From Candidatus Thorarchaeota archaeon (GTDB lineage Archaea; Asgardarchaeota; Thorarchaeia; Thorarchaeales; Thorarchaeaceae), in contig PRDJ01000064.1 in the NCBI GenBank assembly GCA_003345555.1, positions 1 to 11,694 of the forward strand: 11,694 bases of DNA, read 5' to 3'. The notes under the pieces were generated by a model that made no database searches, was not told where the DNA came from, and worked only from the letters and a program-made list of their open reading frames with translations. The stretch's first letter is position 1, and each line of letters begins with the position of its first letter. Below are positions 6,582 through 11,694 of this stretch, piece after piece. A program made the translations under genes and the position numbers.

Positions 6582-8171
6582 ATGAGCGCCGGACACGAGA
6601 CGAGATACGTACTAGCCATTGACCACGGCACATCTGGGATGAAACCTGCGATTGTGTCTACGAAAGGAGAAGTAATTGGATTTGAGTTCGAGCCGACTCC
6701 GGTGCATCTCTATCCCGGCGGCGGTGCAGAACAGAACCCTGTCGAATGGTGGACGGCGTTTCTAAAGGCCTCAAAGCGGCTGCTTGAAAGACGACTCGTG
6801 CCCGACAAAGACATTGTGGCCGTGTGCGATACTAGTCAATGGTCTGGAACGGTTACTGTCGACGAGAATAACAACAACATCGGCAATGCGATTATCTGGA
6901 TGGATTCTCGAGGAGCTCCATACATCGATCGCGCCCTTAAGGGGCACGTGAAGATTGCAGGCTATCCCCTATGGGATGTGTTACGATGGTTGAGAAAAAC
7001 TGGCGGCATTGCTGCACATAGCGGAAAAGACCCGATAGCCCATATCCTGTATCTTAAGCACGAACATCCTGAAGTCTACAAACAGGCCCGCTGGTTCTTG
7101 GAGCCCACCGATTACATCAATTTGAGGCTCACAGGAAAGGTTGCTACTTCGGTGGCAACCGTCACGTTGTTGTGGCTCGCTAACACACGCGATATCAACA
7201 AAGTCCACTACGACAACTCGCTTATCAAACGAATGAAGATTGACAAAACGAAGCTTCCTCCCATCATGCGCTCGGTCGATGTTCTGGGACCGCTTTCCAA
7301 GGAAGTGGCTAACCAGCTCGGGTTAACCCAAGACGTCAAAGTTGTTGTGGGCGCCGCAGACGTTCCGTCCTCCATCATCGGGTCAGGTGCAGTTCGGGAT
7401 TTTGAAGGACACGTATACATAGGTACGAGCACATGGATCAGCTGCCATGTACCATTCAAGAAGACTGACATCGGCCATAACTTCGCCTCCGTACCCTCGG
7501 CCGTGCCGGGCCGGTACTTCATTGCTGATGAGCAGGAAAGCGGCGGAGCGTGTCTGACTTACCTGCGGGACAAAGTCTTCTATCCGGATGACCCGGACCG
7601 TTTCGGCAAGAGAGAAGTCTATCAAGAATTCGACAGAGTAGTGGAGCAAGTGCCTGCGGGCAGTGGGAAGGTGATTTTTACTCCTTGGTTGTACGGCGAA
7701 CGAACTCCGGTTGAAGATCGCAATCTTCGAGGTGCATTCAATAACCTGTCCTTGGAAACAGACCGTGGCCAGCTCATAAGGGCTGTTTTCGAGGGCATTG
7801 CCTACAACAGTCGTTGGCTGCTGGGCGTCATAGAGGCTTTCATCAAGAGGCCGATGGATCCTCTCAACATGATTGGCGGTGGGGCTCAGTCTGATATTTG
7901 GTGCCAGATTTATGCTGACGTCTTGGGCCGCACGATTCAGCAAGTAGAGAACCCCGTTCAAGCCAATGCACGCGGTGCCGCTTTCATTGCGGCTGTCGGA
8001 TTGGGTTATGCCAAAATTGAAGACATTCCCAAGCTCACAAAGATCTCGAAGACCTTCAAACCGAATCCGAAGAATCGCCGAATATACGATGTGTTGTATG
8101 GAGAGTTCCTCAACATCTACAAGACTAACAAGCTACTGTACCGCCGTCTGAATGCATCGCCAGAAGCCTAG
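6582..8171 (+). CDS. FGGY-family carbohydrate kinase (xylulokinase-like)
   Basis: YVLAIDHGTSGMK, SQWSG, IWMDSR, GAADV, YIGTS, TPWLYGERTP and IGGGAQSDIWCQIYADV. ATG at 6582 is preferred over TTG at 6573 because GAGGT (6575-6579) precedes it. Confidence 0.92.
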   Translation: MSAGHETRYVLAIDHGTSGMKPAIVSTKGEVIGFEFEPTPVHLYPGGGAEQNPVEWWTAFLKASKRLLERRLVPDKDIVAVCDTSQWSGTVTVDENNNNIGNAIIWMDSRGAPYIDRALKGHVKIAGYPLWDVLRWLRKTGGIAAHSGKDPIAHILYLKHEHPEVYKQARWFLEPTDYINLRLTGKVATSVATVTLLWLANTRDINKVHYDNSLIKRMKIDKTKLPPIMRSVDVLGPLSKEVANQLGLTQDVKVVVGAADVPSSIIGSGAVRDFEGHVYIGTSTWISCHVPFKKTDIGHNFASVPSAVPGRYFIADEQESGGACLTYLRDKVFYPDDPDRFGKREVYQEFDRVVEQVPAGSGKVIFTPWLYGERTPVEDRNLRGAFNNLSLETDRGQLIRAVFEGIAYNSRWLLGVIEAFIKRPMDPLNMIGGGAQSDIWCQIYADVLGRTIQQVENPVQANARGAAFIAAVGLGYAKIEDIPKLTKISKTFKPNPKNRRIYDVLYGEFLNIYKTNKLLYRRLNASPEA

Positions 8172-8274
8172 CTGGATTTGAAGGCAGTTGTGGTTACAAT
8201 TGAAGACAAGAGAGGATCTACTAGACCTACAGATTGCCGCAATCAAAGCATTACGCCTGCGGGCTGGTTCCTTC

Positions 8275-8934
8275 CTAAGTGAGAGCCGTGAGTATGAATA
8301 GCAGTCCAAGCGCGACTTGGAAGATACCGATGGTTACATTGATCCAGTTAATGCCCCCAACCGTCACGGTCTTGGATGCCTTGTGGGCTCCAACGGCTAG
8401 GAATGCTCCGAACAGGAAGTCGGTGGAAATGTGAGTGAAATAGATTAGCGCGCCCGCTAGCAAGACAGTCCCGACCCCTATCTGAAGCTCTCCAACCAGT
8501 AATGTTACGTTTGCAAGACCTATTCCGAACCACCAGAGCAAGAAGTATGGTGACAAGATACTAACCGCGGCACCCTGGATTGTCGCCTGCGTCACTGTCG
8601 ATACCGAGGTGGTTCTGGCTAATTCGAGAGACCCAGTGGGGGCGGCATGCTTCCAATCCTTGAGTGCCAAGAGACCAAAGCCCACGATTACAAGTCCTCC
8701 AAACCCCACTAACATGTCAATCATCGTAGCATCGAGCGTTAATGCTTCAACGCTGACAATGATAGCGGCAACAATCCCAAGCTCCACGACGGCGTGACCG
8801 ACCATCGGCAGAATCCCGTGGAGCGGACCCCGCTTGCTTGCCTGCATGACGACTGCCGCGGAGAGAGGACCGGGCGCCAATGCGCCAGTCATTGAGAGCA
8901 TGAACCACGCGGCTAGTATTTCAAGCACGTTCAT
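8275..8934 (-). CDS. LysE/RhtB-family translocator
   Basis: SMTGALAPGPL..., G...GH..VE, and QGAAVSILSPYFLLWWFGIG motifs with about 6 TM segments. Start set at ATG 8934 (MNVLEIL) because the 25 aa extension to 9009 is non-hydrophobic and atypical. Confidence 0.88.
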   Translation of the reverse strand: MNVLEILAAWFMLSMTGALAPGPLSAAVVMQASKRGPLHGILPMVGHAVVELGIVAAIIVSVEALTLDATMIDMLVGFGGLVIVGFGLLALKDWKHAAPTGSLELARTTSVSTVTQATIQGAAVSILSPYFLLWWFGIGLANVTLLVGELQIGVGTVLLAGALIYFTHISTDFLFGAFLAVGAHKASKTVTVGGINWINVTIGIFQVALGLLFILTALT

Positions 8935-9186
8935 TATCAAGGCCTCGCTTACCGTCGGGAGGAGAGCCGTTCGACAAGATCTACTGCCTTCTGCCGAATC
9001 ATTGCACATTCAACTGCAGTCATGCCTTATGTGCCTGTCCTATTGTCCATAGGTGATTGGTTCGTCTTGCTCAGCCCGCACAACGTAATACTCGGGCCTT
9101 TGTAGGTGAAGGTGATGATTGACCGTCAGAAGCGTACTCTGTAACTCTCGCTGTCGAAGGAACATAAGGGACAGAGGTTTAGAACG

Positions 9187-9552
9187 ATGCCTGACACATC
9201 AGGAAGGAAGAACAAGCTGTTCAAAGGTCTGACAGACCATGACATTCTGGTTTGGGAAGAAGAGAAAATGCGTCATCAACGCAAAGTTGGCAAGAAAATA
9301 ACAGACATCGAGTTCCTTCGTTATCTGCTCATGGCTGCATCCCGACCTGTGATTTCGGCAAAAGAAGGTGTGTCCTCTGGTCTCATACTAGGTCAGGGAC
9401 CGATATATGAGAAAGCTGATGCCTTCCTCGAGCGGGTTCAAACGAAAGCCGCGTCACCGGCAAGAGTCGGTGAAGAGAAACCGGCTGCTGAGGCAGATAG
9501 GCTGCAACCGGAACTCGTCAAGAAATCGGACCTAAGTTCCTTGCCGCCATAG
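9187..9552 (+). CDS. Hypothetical protein, possible ribbon-helix-helix-like N-terminal domain
   Basis: 121-aa ORF with GAGGT 8 nt upstream. Basic strand (RKNKLF), long helix, then KKITDIEFLRYLL helix, followed by a low-complexity tail. Confidence 0.65.
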   Translation: MPDTSGRKNKLFKGLTDHDILVWEEEKMRHQRKVGKKITDIEFLRYLLMAASRPVISAKEGVSSGLILGQGPIYEKADAFLERVQTKAASPARVGEEKPAAEADRLQPELVKKSDLSSLPP

Positions 9553-9703
9553 GCCTTGAAGCGCGGAATCCGAACTCGGGATGTGGCCTACGCCGCTAGG
9601 GTCGTCGAGATGGCTCGGGTCCGGCTGCTTCATAATTCTTATAAAGAGATTCTGCCTGCTAGGGACCAGATTGTATACTAGGACAGCAATCGTTCGACCA
9701 ATC

Positions 9704-9716
9704 CTCTCATTGAGAG
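9704..9716. promoter_or_regulatory. Palindrome CTCTCA-T-TGAGAG, candidate operator
   Basis: Perfect 6-bp arms about 43 nt upstream of the regulator start. A TATA-like CTTATAAA lies at 9638-9645. Confidence 0.3.
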
Positions 9717-9758
9717 CTTGACAGGTCTTGCTGGTTTCCTATGCGAGGACGAACAGGG

Positions 9759-10463
9759 ATGAGCGCAGAGAATCCGTCTGAAATGGACAAAGTCTTCAAG
9801 GCACTTGGGCACATGACTAGGAGGAGAATTCTCCAGTTGCTCGCTGAGAGCCCGAAATATCCGTATGAGTTAGGCAAGATCCTCGACTTGAACAGAAGAG
9901 TCGTACTGAAGCATCTTGAAGCGCTTGAGGAGGCCGGCTTGGTGGATCGCGAACTGGCAGAAGGCAGCTTGGGTCCTGACAGAGTATACTACAAGGTGAA
10001 CGTCAGCTTCGGTCTGTCTACAACGGTGCTCCCCAACACTTTCTTGGTCAGGGTAGCTAGGCTCGGCGAACTGGAGGGCGCCCCAGCTCCTACAGATCTT
10101 GAGGCTCCCAAGGCCGGGGTCGGTGTGAAGGCTATGAGAAGTCTGCTCACAGAACTGGAGAGAGTGAACCGACGTCTGGAGGAACTCGACAGAGACAGAA
10201 TTGGTCTCGCGTCTTTGCGGGGACAGCTAATCAACCAGATTGAGTCCATGATGCGGGAACCGGAATCGGCCCAGAGGGATTTCGAAAGGGTTCGCGCCCT
10301 GCTCGATCCTGTAGGAATCGACATGTGGGAGGATGAATCAGACGACCTTCAGCTTTGGTCCAAGACAGTAAGAGAGATTCTTTCAGTTTTTGAGAACATG
10401 GTGGGAGAGAAAGAAAGGCCACGCAAGAAGATGCCTATGAAAGGTGATGAGCATATAGAATAG
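9759..10463 (+). CDS. ArsR-type winged-HTH regulator with C-terminal coiled coil, Phr/HSR1 heat-shock regulator family
   Basis: FKALGHMTRRRILQLLAESPKYPYELGKIL...VVLKHLEALEEAGLV...GPDRVYY. By recall this parallels Pyrococcus Phr (LGNETRRRIL.LL...PY..SEL...AVLEHLRILEEAGL...GRPRKYY), including the following beta-strand segment and heptad-rich helix. The alternative start is 9741. Confidence 0.85.
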   Translation: MSAENPSEMDKVFKALGHMTRRRILQLLAESPKYPYELGKILDLNRRVVLKHLEALEEAGLVDRELAEGSLGPDRVYYKVNVSFGLSTTVLPNTFLVRVARLGELEGAPAPTDLEAPKAGVGVKAMRSLLTELERVNRRLEELDRDRIGLASLRGQLINQIESMMREPESAQRDFERVRALLDPVGIDMWEDESDDLQLWSKTVREILSVFENMVGEKERPRKKMPMKGDEHIE

Positions 10464-10719
10464 GCTTGCAGTTAGTCTATCGCGGATAACAATGAATCTC
10501 CGCGCATATTCTGCTAATGGATTCCCGACTGATTACATAATGGATTACCAGGATTGAACGCACAGAGTGCATGTTTATTGCGTCAGGTGTCACAGGCATC
10601 TCCCGTGAACTAATCGCAGGTGGGGCAGGAAGCCATTACCTGCCTTTGGTTATCACTCCTGAGCTCTCAAAGTGTTGCTCAAGTCCCAACGCTTATTCAG
10701 GTAGACATCTGTTTACTGT

Positions 10720-11100
10720 ATGGTCTCAGCCATGGAACAGAAAGGCACTGAGAAGGAGCTTTGGCTATTATCAAGAGAGGAACTAGGACCACTGCTAAGG
10801 CGTCTGATTGTAGTCATTGTGCTCATCGATTTTGCTGGGATGGTTATTCTGGCCCAATGGGTTATGGGCAATCTGACTGACGGTTTCTTTTGGGGAGGCA
10901 GCCCGGGCAGCATGCTGTTTCCAATTCCAATCAGGGTGTATTCATTCTTGCCTGTGCTGACGCCTCTCAGTCCGATTGACTCCTTCGTATATGTTGTCTT
11001 CATATGGAATGACATCTGGATCGCATGGACTGCAGTCGCTGTTCTCTATATCGTGTATCCGGCTCTACTGAAACTGAAGTCTGCAAGCAAGAAGGCGTAG
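10720..11100 (+). CDS. Small hypothetical membrane protein (2-3 TM)
   Basis: Hydrophobic segments LIVVIVLIDFAGMVILAQWV and IWIAWTAVAVLYIVYPALL, ending in a basic tail. The start may be the ATG at 10732. Confidence 0.7.
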   Translation: MVSAMEQKGTEKELWLLSREELGPLLRRLIVVIVLIDFAGMVILAQWVMGNLTDGFFWGGSPGSMLFPIPIRVYSFLPVLTPLSPIDSFVYVVFIWNDIWIAWTAVAVLYIVYPALLKLKSASKKA

Positions 11101-11211
11101 ACGACAAGCACCACTGCGGCAATCGGGTAAGAAAAGTCGTCATTGTACGCAATCTCCAGGTGCGTGTTGTGGTTATCCCCGAGCCTGTCTGGCAATCCTA
11201 CGAATCCGAAT

Positions 11212-11694
11212 TCATTGATAGAGTCTGGAGATGAAGTCCCTGAAGTAAGGACATAGGCTTCTCATCCAGAAAAGGTTGCCAAAGCAATCCTTCTTCATTG
11301 TCACCCTTTCGACGCGGCATTCAAAGTTCTTCTCACTGTCGTAAAAAATGCAGACATCGCTCTGCAGCATAGGGTCTTCAAATATGTCCTGTCGAACCGT
11401 TCTCATTGGTGCTGAGCTATATGACTCAAGCCAGAGCGACTCTCCCTTTAGAATTGACCTCGTCTTGTCCACAAGGTCATGATTCGGCTTTTCTTCGGCA
11501 GCCCATTTTGCGACAATCTCACTTACAATGGCGTTGAACACTAAGGCGGGGAAATTGGTCTCTTGAGACATCTTGCGGGCTTTCCGATACCATTCGACTG
11601 CCTGCTCATGTTCTCCTTTCATGTAGTAAGCATCGCCGAGATGAAAGAGGACTAGTCTCAGAAGATATTTCATGCCGGCCCCTTCGGCAACCTT
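11212..11694 (-). CDS. TPR-containing protein, C-terminal part (begins beyond the right edge), with a C-terminal four-Cys motif
   Basis: LFHLGDAYYMKGEHEQAVEWYRKA is a canonical TPR helix pair. The frame stays open from 11694 (KVAEGAG-MKYL...), so the track's ATG is probably internal. Confidence 0.8.
   Translation of the reverse strand, partial: KVAEGAGMKYLLRLVLFHLGDAYYMKGEHEQAVEWYRKARKMSQETNFPALVFNAIVSEIVAKWAAEEKPNHDLVDKTRSILKGESLWLESYSSAPMRTVRQDIFEDPMLQSDVCIFYDSEKNFECRVERVTMKKDCFGNLFWMRSLCPYFRDFISRLYQ

Noticed and set aside
6863-6880. AAT-AAC-AAC-AAC repeat encoding NNNN in the FGGY kinase
   Set aside because: A short in-frame triplet run in a variable loop, too short to suggest phase variation.
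1745-8151. Longer internal alternate-frame or antisense ORFs (1745..2068, 3668..3967, 6981..7961, 7966..8151 and others)
   Set aside because: They lie within well-supported genes and show no independent homology signal.
10514-10636. Minus-strand Cys-rich frame MASCPTCD*FTGDACDT*RNKHALC...LCNQSGIH with internal TAG and TGA, suggestive of a recoded (Pyl/Sec) or decayed zinc finger
   Set aside because: It needs two different stop-codon readthroughs within 18 codons. No SECIS or Pyl context is evident, and chance across six frames is a sufficient explanation.
10571-11234. ORFs 10571..10786(+), 10713..11015(-) and 11025..11234(+)
   Set aside because: They overlap better-supported genes and have no recognisable features.
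1-11694. CRISPR arrays, tRNAs, rRNA, IS elements or transposases
   Set aside because: By eye I saw no regularly spaced repeat-spacer units, cloverleaf motifs, terminal inverted repeats with target duplications or transposase-like ORFs.

Overview
An archaeal chromosomal segment. The GGAGGTGA/GGAGG Shine-Dalgarno sites, TATA-like boxes about 27-30 nt before ATGs and a Phr/HSR1-type regulator point to archaea. Asgard/Thorarchaeia-like affinity is my inference from gene content and is not verified. Left to right: a minus-strand FAD-dependent D-amino-acid/sarcosine-oxidase-family gene that the ORF track misses because it runs off the left edge (<1..936); a six-repeat FG-GAP/tachylectin-like beta-propeller protein with no signal peptide; a 620-bp 'intergenic' region holding an unannotated 50-codon ORF with a perfect SD, followed by a cluster of hairpins; a doubly membrane-anchored surface protein with a DMF-amidase-beta-like domain and an Ig-like domain; an ECF S-component-like membrane protein; a saccharopine-dehydrogenase-family oxidoreductase; an FGGY (xylulokinase-like) kinase; a convergent LysE-family exporter; a small putative DNA-binding protein; a Phr/HSR1-like ArsR-type regulator; a small membrane protein; and the C-terminal part of a TPR protein with a regularly spaced four-Cys motif. 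I found no rRNA, tRNA, CRISPR array or mobile element. The most promising unexplained part is 1097-4295 (propeller, small peptide, structured RNA, surface protein). Second is the transporter/dehydrogenase/kinase trio.
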